Shown in pieces: positions 8,657 to 18,019 of a DNA stretch of 61,588 nucleotides. The stretch is from a virus (lineage: Duplodnaviria > Caudoviricetes): positions 1-61,588 of IMG/VR virus record IMGVR_UViG_3300003312_000001; one strand, given 5' to 3'. Made by a program: the position numbers and the translations under genes. Below the pieces are notes generated by a model, which had not been told where the DNA came from, ran no database searches, and saw only the letters and a list, made by a program, of their open reading frames with translations. Position 1 is the first letter of the stretch; every line of letters starts with the position of its first letter.

Positions 8657-9529
8657 ATGGATAGTATCAGCAGACTGGTCCGAATCTGCCATCAGGCGGC
8701 GGAGGGCGCACATGCCGCACGGAGGGAAGCCATCGACCACGCCGAGGGCCTGCGAATCTCGTCCGGCGCTCTTTCCGAGCAGGAGCGCTCCATGGGCGCT
8801 TCCAAGGCCCTGATTGCTGCCGAGCGCGCCGAGGCGGCGAAGCAGTTCGCGCGGCGGTGCATGGGAGCCGCCAGCCGGGCTCGTCGGCTCAGGCCTGAGG
8901 CGACTTACAGTCTCACCTTGCTGATCGCAGACTGCAAGCACGCTGCTGATTGCGCTGGTGTGGCTGCCACCCGGGCACGCATGTCTGTCCACCACCCGGA
9001 AGATTACGCGGCGCTGCACGCCGAGACGCTCCCGCCTACGGATTGGCTGGACAAGTGGAGTGAGGGATTCCTCGGCCGCACGCATGATGGCTGCCCCCCG
9101 GCTGCCACGCAGGATCAAGAGGCCGGGGAGAGAGGCGGCCCGATGAAAACGACCCACACCGGTTACGCCTTCGACGACCGCCCCTGCCACGTCACGCTCG
9201 ACAACGATTGCGCGCTCCCCGAGCATGCCGAGGCCCGCGTTTCGATCACCATGAGTGATGACGAGCTGGCGGGCATGCTGCTCACCCCAGCGGAAATCGA
9301 GCGCCTGGCGCGTGTGCCGGGAACGCGTCTCCGGCGGCTCGACGGCGATCTGCTTCGCGAGGCTGCCCGTATGTGCGGCTGCGGGATGCTTCTTCACCGC
9401 GACGGCGAGTGGTTCGCGACGTATCTGCCGACGGCGCGACAGATGGGAGTGGCGGCGGCGACCGAGTGGCACGGCCGCGCGGCAGCGGTGGCCGGCTTCC
9501 GCAAAGAGTTCAGTGAGGTGGCGCTGTGA
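8657..9529 (+). CDS. Hypothetical protein (possibly two in-frame units, second start at 9143)
   Basis: AGGAGG RBS before ATG 8657; second RBS and ATG at 9143. Confidence 0.55.
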   Translation: MDSISRLVRICHQAAEGAHAARREAIDHAEGLRISSGALSEQERSMGASKALIAAERAEAAKQFARRCMGAASRARRLRPEATYSLTLLIADCKHAADCAGVAATRARMSVHHPEDYAALHAETLPPTDWLDKWSEGFLGRTHDGCPPAATQDQEAGERGGPMKTTHTGYAFDDRPCHVTLDNDCALPEHAEARVSITMSDDELAGMLLTPAEIERLARVPGTRLRRLDGDLLREAARMCGCGMLLHRDGEWFATYLPTARQMGVAAATEWHGRAAAVAGFRKEFSEVAL

Positions 9530-10137
9530 ACGACACATTCCGACGCCAGATCTACACCGCCCAGCTTCTTGCCGAGCACCTCGGCCACGAGTGGGCATGC
9601 GCACTTACGCCCGAAGATCTGCACGAGATCATGGCTGACTGCAGCGACATTCACACTGCTGTCGCCGCGATCTCGGATGCGACCTTTGCGCGGCGCAGCG
9701 AGTACTCGCTGCCGTGCGGCATCACCGCGCCGCACGTCCAGCCGGATGGCGTTATTACCCACGCCACGGGGACGGGCCGGCTGCGGTGGCGGATCGACAC
9801 CGAGCGGTCGATCTGGCTCTCGGTGTGGCGCCCTCGCCGCATTGAGGCCGCCTGGACAGACGGGGCGCTGGAGGCGGTGGAATGGGGACATCCCCTCTGC
9901 TGCCATTTTGACAGCTCCGACCTGGCCCTGTGCGCTTTCCAGCGCGACGGGGCGGATTGGATCTTGATCAGGCCCGTCGGCGGCCCGGCTGTCGAAATCC
10001 GCCACAGCCTGGCGCTCGCCAATGCGCTGTGCGCCCTGAGTCCTTCCGGCGATGTCAACGAAGCGTTCTACCGCGCGGGGGTTGAACTCCCCGCCCTTTG
10101 GGACGCTGATCCATTGCCTGAGGTGGTGCATGCCTGA
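9526..10137 (+). CDS. Hypothetical protein
   Basis: GTGA coupling, GAGGTG RBS. Confidence 0.6.
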   Translation: MNDTFRRQIYTAQLLAEHLGHEWACALTPEDLHEIMADCSDIHTAVAAISDATFARRSEYSLPCGITAPHVQPDGVITHATGTGRLRWRIDTERSIWLSVWRPRRIEAAWTDGALEAVEWGHPLCCHFDSSDLALCAFQRDGADWILIRPVGGPAVEIRHSLALANALCALSPSGDVNEAFYRAGVELPALWDADPLPEVVHA

Positions 10138-10151
10138 GCTCGACGAGGCAC

Positions 10152-10367
10152 ATGAGACAGCAGACTTCTGAAGAAACAGCCTGGTGGAATGCGGCCTGCG
10201 CTTTTGACGACGCGAGAATGCAGCGGGACGATGCAGATGAAACCTTCCGACGCCATGGCGGGGTGAAGGCCTGGAGCCGACTGCAAGCCGCCGAAGCCAG
10301 GACCGTTGCGACTCTCGCTGTTCTCCGCGCAGCCGAAAGGTCCGTCGGGTTCAACGAACCACGCTAA
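10152..10367 (+). CDS. Small hypothetical protein
   Basis: GAGG RBS; last gene of the run. Confidence 0.5.
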   Translation: MRQQTSEETAWWNAACAFDDARMQRDDADETFRRHGGVKAWSRLQAAEARTVATLAVLRAAERSVGFNEPR

Positions 10368-10452
10368 CTCCCGATCTCACATTCATGGATGTGGCTGTCA
10401 CGAATTGCTGACAACATGCCTCTAAGACATGAATCCGCACTGATAGGAGTAG

Positions 10453-10491
10453 AGGCGTGAACTGTCAAGTAATCCTTGACAGTTCACGCCT
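10453..10491. terminator. 17-bp perfect inverted repeat between convergent genes
   Basis: AGGCGTGAACTGTCAAG-TAATC-CTTGACAGTTCACGCCT; no clear U-tract. Confidence 0.6.
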
Positions 10492-11434
10492 AACGCAGCG
10501 TCCAATCCGCCGGCCATCCGTTCTGACAGAAGATCCAGACTTTGTTCTGCGCCTGCGCTTCGGCGGCACTTCGTATCGCCGCGCGCTGCGCCTCGACGCC
10601 GGCAGCGCCGAGCTTGCCGTAATCGAGCGAGATGGCGCCGACGTGCTGGCCGCGTGGCGAGATGGCGCGGACCGACGCAAGCTGCCCATCCCACCGCCAT
10701 GAGGCGTAGGTGTAACCATCCTCGGCCCACCATGTCCCGCCGGCGCCGGAGTCGAGGATCGGCCGCGCGAAATCGCGGCAGCCCTCGCGCCGCCCTTCAA
10801 GGATGAGGCTGCCGGCGATGCCGGACGGGAGCCCGTGATGACCTGCGCAGGCCACAAGTTGCTCGGCGCGCATGGCGATTTGCGGATGTGGCTGCCAGTT
10901 CGCAGGGTCGCCGGGCGAGGCCTCGCGCTCGACGTTCCAGATCATGGAGCGCGCGCCGTACTCGCGCCCGATGCGGGCGATTGCGTCGATGTGCGCGAGG
11001 TAGGTTCCCCACGCGCCGGAATCTGACCACTCCGGAAAGAGCCCCCACGCGTTGCCCCGCACCATACCGTGCGTCTCCGCCTGGAGCGCCACGTGCAGTT
11101 CCCCGCCTGCAGGCAGCGCGTCGGCTGCACGTGCCACGAATTCCTTGATCCGCCCGACCTTGCCGTACTCCGGGTGGCACGGGTCCAGCCGGAGCAGGAA
11201 TCCGGTCACACCTGCGGCGGTCCACTGCTCGCGGGTCAGCGCGCCGACGCGTGACTGGCTGCCGTAGTAGAGCAGATTCACCGGTCCGGCGTAGTCGCTG
11301 GACGGCAGCGCCCGCACATCATCCTCGACCCGGTCGCGCTCCTCGCGCCGCGCCTGCCGCCGCGCTCTCCGCCGCTCCGCGATCTCACGCGCACTGCGCT
11401 TTACTTTCGCCACTGCCGCTCCCAGGTTACACAT
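10490..11434 (-). CDS. Hypothetical protein, possible TIM-barrel glycoside-hydrolase-like fold
   Basis: Alternating beta/alpha pattern, Trp-rich, IWNVE motif; fold call is inference. Confidence 0.5.
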   Translation of the reverse strand: MCNLGAAVAKVKRSAREIAERRRARRQARREERDRVEDDVRALPSSDYAGPVNLLYYGSQSRVGALTREQWTAAGVTGFLLRLDPCHPEYGKVGRIKEFVARAADALPAGGELHVALQAETHGMVRGNAWGLFPEWSDSGAWGTYLAHIDAIARIGREYGARSMIWNVEREASPGDPANWQPHPQIAMRAEQLVACAGHHGLPSGIAGSLILEGRREGCRDFARPILDSGAGGTWWAEDGYTYASWRWDGQLASVRAISPRGQHVGAISLDYGKLGAAGVEAQRAAIRSAAEAQAQNKVWIFCQNGWPADWTLR

Positions 11435-11442
11435 GCCTCAAT

Positions 11443-11478
11443 CTGCCGATCTAGCGTGCGCGGGATGGGTAGTGGGTG
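11443..11478 (+). promoter_or_regulatory. Bipartite late motif copy 1, CTGCCGAT-N15-TGGGTAGTGGGTG
   Basis: Exact match, directly upstream of the 11492 tail operon. Confidence 0.75.
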
Positions 11479-11491
11479 AGTCCGACGCCAC

Positions 11492-13603
11492 ATGCCACCA
11501 GTCCGAGCCACCCCCGCCGCCTCCTGCCTGCTCTATACGCCGGGCAGCGAGGGCTACGCGATTGAGCAGGGTTTCGACATCTACGACGTGCCCGCGCACA
11601 GGCTACCTCGCGAGCGCGACTACCGGAGCGGGCTGCAGGCGTGGAGCTACACGCCGAGCATTCGCGCGGTGCCCGGACGGCCGGGGAAGTGGGAGCCGTC
11701 GGTTGAAGCCATTCCCGAAATCGGCGTAGTCTGCCCACGGCCGCGACTCGTGATGGCCGGCGTGATCCTAAGCCAATTCGCATTCTACGGCGGCTCATGG
11801 GAGACGCTGGCGCGCGCGCATCCGCCCAGGGTGACGCAGCTCATCCAGTACAAGACGGCCGCCGATGCCGTCTGGCGCGCGGAGACGGTAGCGAACCTCG
11901 TCGCGAACCCGAGTATCGCCTTCCTCATCCACCGGATGGAGAGCCACCACAACCACACGGAGACGAGCCTCCCGAGCTACGCCGAAATCGTCGTCGGCGG
12001 TGAATGGTCGATCCGCTTCAGCGCCTCACAGACGGCGGGCATCTGGCGCTACATCGACGGGCAGTGGCGACAGGTCGCCCCAATCCGGATCGATGCGCGA
12101 GAGCCGACGATGGTCTGGTTCTGCGTCCGGCGCGGCGCGGTCTGCATCAGCCTCGACCAGGGCGAAAGCTGGAACATCGTGCGCGGTGAGACGGCGATCT
12201 CCGTCCCGGCTGCAAAAGTCGTGCTCGAAGGCGTCGGCGGCCAGGTCGCCTTCTCGGCGCATCAGCTCGCCTTCGACGACTGCAGCTACACGACCTACCC
12301 ACATCCCGTGATGGAAGAGCATATGGGGCCGCTCCACCTGGAGCTAACGGCCGTCTCCCGGCCCCTGGGAACGTCGATCCGTATCGTTGAGGTGGCAAGC
12401 CCGCCGGCTTCGGTCGCCTACCGCGTGGAGATGACATCCGCCATCGAGGCGACCGGCGCCTTCGGGTTCAACAACTATCGAGTGCCCGAGGTTTACGCCA
12501 CGCGCTGTTACTACCAGACGGCGCTCCAGTCCGTCACGCCGACGAGCGTCGATCTAGCGAGCACTGGCCAGCTCGTGGGGATCGAGCTCCACGAGGACGC
12601 CGACATCACGAACGGCGCGCGGAGCGGCTCGATCTCGATTCACGTCGATGCCGGCGACACATTCAGCGGAGTCTACGGGTTCCGGATGGTCGGAATCAGC
12701 TTCGGGCACCGGATGGACGACGGCACCTACCAGCTCACGAGCCGGGCCACCATGTACATGATGCATCCGGAGCCGACGGCGAGCGACGACTGGCGGGCAG
12801 GGGCGACGTTCGACCTGGCGGACCTCTGGATACGCGCGACGAGTATGGTCGTCGATGAAGGCTGGCGACCGCTTGATGGGCTCACGACGACGGCGGCGCG
12901 AGACTACATCCTACGGAAGATGGGCCTCGACACGGCGCGGAGGAGCTGGCTCGCGACGGGCGTCGTGCTGCCGGCCGGACCGCCGGACGATCCGCGTTGG
13001 TGGCCGGAGCCGGGGATGACCGCGGCCGACCTCTTCGGGGCGCTGGACGTGTTGGAGAACACGGAGACCTACGTGAACGCCAACGCGATCTGGACGAACC
13101 GCGTAGCGCGCTACACCGATGCGGCCGTAGGTTGGATCTACGACGGAGAAGCCGTCAACCCTGACGTGGCGGTGCGCGGAATCCGCTACCGGGCCGAGCA
13201 TCGTGACGTGAAAACGGCGACACTCGTTCACGCGCGCGACTCCCGAGGCGGCGCGCTCTGGGCAACGTCGATCAACTACGGGCTGGAGCGCGCGCCTGCC
13301 ACGTCGGGGTTTGTCGGCTGGCGCAGGTGGAACCGGCTGGACGGAGCGGCGGTGACCTCGCTCGCCCAGGCAATGGCCATCGCGGGCTACCAGCAGGCAC
13401 TCATCGACGACGTTCCGCTTGTCGCGGAGTTCGACACTCCGGCCGATCCGGCGATTACGCGCGGATCGCGTATCCAGATCGTCAACTGCGAGCAGGTTGG
13501 GATTACCGGTACGGAGCATTTTCGGGTCGAGGAGATCACCCACCGCTGGTCTCCGGTGAACACTGACACAGTTCAGACGATCCGCGCGCGGAGGATCTGG
13601 TAA
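11492..13603 (+). CDS. Putative tail tip/hub (Tal-like) structural protein
   Basis: Beta-rich; C-terminal ADPAITRGSRIQI...FRVEEITHRW typical of tail hub proteins; heads the tail cluster. Confidence 0.6.
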   Translation: MPPVRATPAASCLLYTPGSEGYAIEQGFDIYDVPAHRLPRERDYRSGLQAWSYTPSIRAVPGRPGKWEPSVEAIPEIGVVCPRPRLVMAGVILSQFAFYGGSWETLARAHPPRVTQLIQYKTAADAVWRAETVANLVANPSIAFLIHRMESHHNHTETSLPSYAEIVVGGEWSIRFSASQTAGIWRYIDGQWRQVAPIRIDAREPTMVWFCVRRGAVCISLDQGESWNIVRGETAISVPAAKVVLEGVGGQVAFSAHQLAFDDCSYTTYPHPVMEEHMGPLHLELTAVSRPLGTSIRIVEVASPPASVAYRVEMTSAIEATGAFGFNNYRVPEVYATRCYYQTALQSVTPTSVDLASTGQLVGIELHEDADITNGARSGSISIHVDAGDTFSGVYGFRMVGISFGHRMDDGTYQLTSRATMYMMHPEPTASDDWRAGATFDLADLWIRATSMVVDEGWRPLDGLTTTAARDYILRKMGLDTARRSWLATGVVLPAGPPDDPRWWPEPGMTAADLFGALDVLENTETYVNANAIWTNRVARYTDAAVGWIYDGEAVNPDVAVRGIRYRAEHRDVKTATLVHARDSRGGALWATSINYGLERAPATSGFVGWRRWNRLDGAAVTSLAQAMAIAGYQQALIDDVPLVAEFDTPADPAITRGSRIQIVNCEQVGITGTEHFRVEEITHRWSPVNTDTVQTIRARRIW

Positions 13604-14499
13604 TGAGTTGGTCCGGTCTCTCGAAGACGCTGCCGGCAGCGCAACCGCTGTCGAGCGCGGCCGCTCGGATGGGCGCGCAGCCGATTCCCGGCGGGGGCGG
13701 GGGGCTACCCGTCACGACATTCAACCCTCTCACCGGCGCATCCGCCCGGAACGCGATCTGGGACCTGACGGGCTCGGGCTGGGATCAAGGCGTCTGGGGC
13801 GGTCAGATTCCCTGGTTCATCGCGCGCTTGAACGATAGCCTCGAACTGCGCGCGGGCCAGGGCAGCGGGACTTACACACGCAGCGGCACGACGACGCGCG
13901 TGAACGACCAGGGCACGACGGACACCGTGGCAGCGAACACGGCTCCCTTCGACTGGATCGCGGGCCCGGCGGGCATCTCCAGGTATGCCTTGCGGTGCGA
14001 TCTGTCCGGAGCGGCGCTCTCCTACCCGACGGATCGCAACATCCGGCGCACGCAAGGCGGGATCAGCCTGTGGTTCCGAACGGTAGCGTCCGGCGGTGGG
14101 CCGTTTCCGACTCCCCTGTACGATCGCGTGCTCTGGAGCTGCGGTGACTGGAAGCTTTCCATCCCGGCCAGCACGACTACCCTCAGGTGGCAGGTCACAC
14201 TGCAGGACGGCACAACGGCCTCTGCCGATTTTGGCGTGAGTGCGTGGGTAGTGGGTGAGTGGCGCCACGTGGCGGCGGACTGGAGCAGGGTTGATGGATC
14301 GGTGCGCATCTGGACTGATGGCGTGCTCCGAACCACGACAGCCACAGCGCAGCGGTATGCCGAGTTGGCGGACCAATGCACGGTGGGCCACGCCGCGACA
14401 ACGTCGCAGCAGTGCGACGGCTACATCGTCGATGCCAGAGTGTGGCCGGTGCGGTTTACAACCACCCTGGCGTCAGCAGTTTTTGCTGTGAAAGCCTGA
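13603..14499 (+). CDS. Tail protein with LamG/ConA-like domain
   Basis: GGISLWF...GEWRHVAADW...RIWTDG...DGYIVDARVW. Confidence 0.75.
   Translation: MSWSGLSKTLPAAQPLSSAAARMGAQPIPGGGGGLPVTTFNPLTGASARNAIWDLTGSGWDQGVWGGQIPWFIARLNDSLELRAGQGSGTYTRSGTTTRVNDQGTTDTVAANTAPFDWIAGPAGISRYALRCDLSGAALSYPTDRNIRRTQGGISLWFRTVASGGGPFPTPLYDRVLWSCGDWKLSIPASTTTLRWQVTLQDGTTASADFGVSAWVVGEWRHVAADWSRVDGSVRIWTDGVLRTTTATAQRYAELADQCTVGHAATTSQQCDGYIVDARVWPVRFTTTLASAVFAVKA
14222..14257 (+). promoter_or_regulatory. Bipartite late motif copy 2 (inside the LamG CDS)
   Basis: CTGCCGAT-TTTGGCGTGAGTGCG-TGGGTAGTGGGTG, 15-nt spacer. Confidence 0.65.
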
Positions 14500-14503
14500 A
14501 CCT

Positions 14504-14791
14504 ATGCCGATTTCCTCTGGAACGCCAGTCAACCGAAGCGGGAGCATCACCCTGGGCGGCACGGCCCAGGAACTCGCCGCCGCGAACACGAGCCGCAGCT
14601 ATCTCTTCGTGATGAACATCGCGGGCGAGGATCTCTGGGTCAACTTCGGGGCCGTCGCCGTGGCCGACCAGCCGAGCATCCGTCTCTACCCGGGCGAGGC
14701 GTACGAGAACCCGCCGCACTGGTGCCCGACGGGCTCTGTGAGCATCATCGGCGCGACCACCGGCAGCAAGTTCGTCGCGAAGGAAGCCTAA
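14504..14791 (+). CDS. Small beta-rich virion-associated protein
   Basis: AANTSRSYLFVMN...LWVNFG pattern; tail cluster context. Confidence 0.6.
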   Translation: MPISSGTPVNRSGSITLGGTAQELAAANTSRSYLFVMNIAGEDLWVNFGAVAVADQPSIRLYPGEAYENPPHWCPTGSVSIIGATTGSKFVAKEA

Positions 14792-14794
14792 CCG

Positions 14795-15613
14795 ATGCCC
14801 ATCTCCAGCTCACTCATTCGGCCGATCCCGCTCACCACCGCGCAGCGGCTCGCCATGACGCTGCCGGAAGGCGCGATGGTCTGGGACGCCGATTTGAACA
14901 TGATGTTCGCTCACGACGGGACCGGCTGGCAGTGCCTCACCGAAAGCCTGCTCACCGGCTGCCGCGCCTTCTGGAAATTGGATGAAGCGTCCGGGACCCG
15001 CGCCGATGCGACAGGCAACGGGCATACGCTCACCGACAACAACACCGTAACGTCCGCCGCCGGCAAGGTGGGCAATGCTGCGTCGTTCGCGGCCGTGAAC
15101 AGCGAGCGGCTGACTGAGGCGAATACCGCGAGCCTTCAGTTCGGTGACCAGAGCTGGACACTCAGCGCCTGGGTCAACCTGACGACGAAGACCGCGATCC
15201 GTCCGATCTACGCCAGGGATAACAACGCCGCAGGCCAGCGCGAGGCGTTCCTGATGTATGACAACACCCCGGATCGGTTCAGCCTCTACGTTTTCCACAG
15301 CGGCGGCAGCGATTTGCTGAACGCTGATGTGCTGGGCATCCCGGCGGTCTCCACCTGGTACCACGTCCTGGCCTGGAAAGACAAAGATCGAGGCACGATC
15401 AACATCCGGGTCAATATGGGAGCTGCAAATACGATGGTGGCCAGCGGTCCGGGGCTCGCGGTGGCCATAGAAACCCAGATCGGCGCATGGTCCGGGAACT
15501 TCATGGACGGGTTGATCGACGCTGTCGGTTTCTGGGCGCGGACACTGACCGAGCCCGAGATGGCGACCCTCTACGCCGCCGGGCGCGGGAGCCAATTCCC
15601 CTTCCGGAGCTAG
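14795..15613 (+). CDS. LamG-domain tail/receptor-binding protein
   Basis: AFWKLDEASGTRAD, WTLSAWV, TWYHV, DGLIDAVGFWARTL. Confidence 0.8.
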   Translation: MPISSSLIRPIPLTTAQRLAMTLPEGAMVWDADLNMMFAHDGTGWQCLTESLLTGCRAFWKLDEASGTRADATGNGHTLTDNNTVTSAAGKVGNAASFAAVNSERLTEANTASLQFGDQSWTLSAWVNLTTKTAIRPIYARDNNAAGQREAFLMYDNTPDRFSLYVFHSGGSDLLNADVLGIPAVSTWYHVLAWKDKDRGTINIRVNMGAANTMVASGPGLAVAIETQIGAWSGNFMDGLIDAVGFWARTLTEPEMATLYAAGRGSQFPFRS

Positions 15614-15619
15614 TAGACG

Positions 15620-15991
15620 ATGGCAGCTAAAGACGCTGACGGCGACGTGGCGGGTGTGATCGCGGCCGTTCGCGCGTTTCAGGGCAAGCGCTCCGGCCGC
15701 TTCCTGCAGCTCCCCAAGTCGCACGCCGTCCCGCCGGACGCTACCACACCTGCCCCGCCGGACGGCGCGCTGACGACGATAGCGGGCGAGGACGGCAAGT
15801 GGCTCGATACCGCGGCTCTGCCGGCCTTGATGCGGTGCGCGGTTGAAGTCCACATCTACGAAGGGCCGGACGGCGTGGGATGGGTGGCCGAGGCGCGCAC
15901 GCGCTCCGGCGGGAAGCGTTACGTGAAACGCGCCAACTTCGGGCCGGAGCGGTGGCGGTCGCACGAGTGGCGTGAGGAGCGGATAGCCTGA
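15620..15991 (+). CDS. Hypothetical protein
   Basis: Packed within the tail operon. Confidence 0.6.
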   Translation: MAAKDADGDVAGVIAAVRAFQGKRSGRFLQLPKSHAVPPDATTPAPPDGALTTIAGEDGKWLDTAALPALMRCAVEVHIYEGPDGVGWVAEARTRSGGKRYVKRANFGPERWRSHEWREERIA

Positions 15992-16530
15992 TGGCGAACG
16001 AAATCCAGGCGGTCTCCGCAACCGGGATCACGCTCTACGCTGTCATCCGGCGCGCATCCGACGGTCAGTTCTACAACACCGTCACCCCGGGCTTCGAGGC
16101 GTACAACGCCGCCAACTGGGTCAACTACGATTTTCCGATGGCGGAGCAGGGCGCAAGCGGCACCTACTACGCGACGATGCCCGCCGTGGCTGCCGGCGTC
16201 TATCAGCTCGACGTTCGGATCAGGGTCGGCGGCGCGGTGGCCGTCAGTGATCCAACAGTCGGGGCCGGCGAGCTCGATTGGGACGGCACGGCCCCGACTG
16301 TGGCCGCAAGCCGTGGCCAGATCGCGGACAGCGTGTGGGACGAGGCGGTGGCGGATCACGTCACGGCCGGGAGCACGGGCGCGGCTATCCGCCTTTCGCG
16401 GAGCCTGGCGGGCAAGTGGGTCGTCTCGGCAAACCAGCTACTCATCTATGACACCGACGGCGTGACGCTTCTGGCCACCCAGAACCTTACGCCGGCCGGA
16501 GGGCCGTTCACCGCGAGAACGCCTGTCTGA
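15991..16530 (+). CDS. Hypothetical virion protein
   Basis: IADSVWDEAVADHVTAGSTG motif; TGATG coupling. Confidence 0.65.
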   Translation: MANEIQAVSATGITLYAVIRRASDGQFYNTVTPGFEAYNAANWVNYDFPMAEQGASGTYYATMPAVAAGVYQLDVRIRVGGAVAVSDPTVGAGELDWDGTAPTVAASRGQIADSVWDEAVADHVTAGSTGAAIRLSRSLAGKWVVSANQLLIYDTDGVTLLATQNLTPAGGPFTARTPV

Positions 16531-16871
16531 TGAGCATCAACGCTATCGAGGCGGTCTTGCTGCTCGGGCTCGCTCCGACGGCGGCAGGAACGGCCTCGGC
16601 ATCGCTGTGTCGCATCTCGGACACCCTGTACCTCAATGACTCACCGGTGTCCGGCGCGACCGTTTCCGCCGCCCTGTCCAGTCCTCCAGGAGAAAGCGGG
16701 AGTTGGCAACTCTCCGCCGGGGCGGAGGAAACAACCACGGACGCCACCGGCGCGTGGCATCTGGACCTGGTGCGCGGGCTCTCCTACCGCCTACGCATCC
16801 CCGCCGCCGCAGTCAACAGCCTGGTCACCGTGCCTGCGCAGGCGACGGCGACACTCCGGGATCTGATCTAG
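16530..16871 (+). CDS. Hypothetical protein (prealbumin/CnaB-like beta sandwich)
   Basis: PVSGATVSA...TTTDATGAW.L.L..G..YRLRI. Confidence 0.55.
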   Translation: MSINAIEAVLLLGLAPTAAGTASASLCRISDTLYLNDSPVSGATVSAALSSPPGESGSWQLSAGAEETTTDATGAWHLDLVRGLSYRLRIPAAAVNSLVTVPAQATATLRDLI

Positions 16872-16875
16872 TCGG

Positions 16876-18018
16876 ATGCCTACCTCTGATTACGTCCTCA
16901 ACCCGTCGGTCGCGAGCACACTGGTCGCCAGCGCCGACTACAACGAAAACATCCACGACGTAGAGGACACGCTGCTTGCCACGGCGACGGGCGTCCTGTC
17001 CGGCGCGGCCGTGACGAACGGCGGAGGGCTGGTCGCCAACGTCGCGCTCGGCTCTTTCCTGCTGGGCGTCAAGGTGACCAAGGCCGCGACGACGGTCGCT
17101 CTGGCGGCATCGGCTACCAACTACATCTTTGTAGTCACGGACCCCGACCACGCGGAGAAGGCGGTCTACGTCGCCAACACCACGGGGACCCCACCGGCCC
17201 GGTCGGCGCTGGTGGCGACGGTCATTACAGGCGCCGCCACGATCACGACGATTGACAACGCGCCGGCTGGCCGGAACGACGTGACGGAGCTGGGCGCGCT
17301 CTCCGAGCGGGTTGACGGCACGCTGGCGAAAGCGATCTCCGGCGCCACCGTCCTGACGGCGGCGGAAGCGGCGCATCTCGTGATCACGCTCACGGGCACG
17401 CTTGCGGCGGGAGCCGATCTGACGCTGCCGACGACGGCGGGCAGGCGGTGGATCGTCGTCAACAGCACGACGGGCGGATTTGCGGTCACGGCGCGGACGG
17501 CTGCCGGTACGGGAATCGCTATCGCCGCCGGTTTTGCGGGGGCGGTGCGCTGCGACGGGACGAACATCGTCGCGGATGGGCCGCTGGTCACGGCGGCGGG
17601 CGCGGTCTCGATCCTCGGCGCGCTTACAGTCAGTGGCGCTCTGACGGCGAGCGGCGCGCTCACGGTTACCGGCGCTCTTACGCTCCAGGCGGACAGCACG
17701 CTGAACGACGGGGTAGACCTGGCGCTTGGGACGACGACGGGCACCAAGGTCGGGACCGGGCCAACGCAGAAGTTCGGGCTCTACGGTGTCGGGCCCGTGG
17801 TCCAGCCTGCGGGAGCCGATCAGGCTGCCGTGGTGCTCGGTAACACCGACAACGAGATCGGCGGCCTTGTGATCAGCGCCGCTTACAGCCAGGCCGAGGT
17901 AACGGCGCTGCGGGACAAGTGCGAGGAGCTGGCGGACGACGTGCGCGCACTCTCAACGCTGATCCATGCAGAGCGAACGGCGCTCGTGGCCGTGGGCGTG
18001 ATGAAGGGCGCAGCGTAG
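16876..18018 (+). CDS. Tail fibre-like protein
   Basis: Ala/Thr/Gly-rich, GALTVSGALT repeats, VRCDGTNIV; last gene of the tail cluster. Confidence 0.7.
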   Translation: MPTSDYVLNPSVASTLVASADYNENIHDVEDTLLATATGVLSGAAVTNGGGLVANVALGSFLLGVKVTKAATTVALAASATNYIFVVTDPDHAEKAVYVANTTGTPPARSALVATVITGAATITTIDNAPAGRNDVTELGALSERVDGTLAKAISGATVLTAAEAAHLVITLTGTLAAGADLTLPTTAGRRWIVVNSTTGGFAVTARTAAGTGIAIAAGFAGAVRCDGTNIVADGPLVTAAGAVSILGALTVSGALTASGALTVTGALTLQADSTLNDGVDLALGTTTGTKVGTGPTQKFGLYGVGPVVQPAGADQAAVVLGNTDNEIGGLVISAAYSQAEVTALRDKCEELADDVRALSTLIHAERTALVAVGVMKGAA

Positions 18019-18019
18019 G

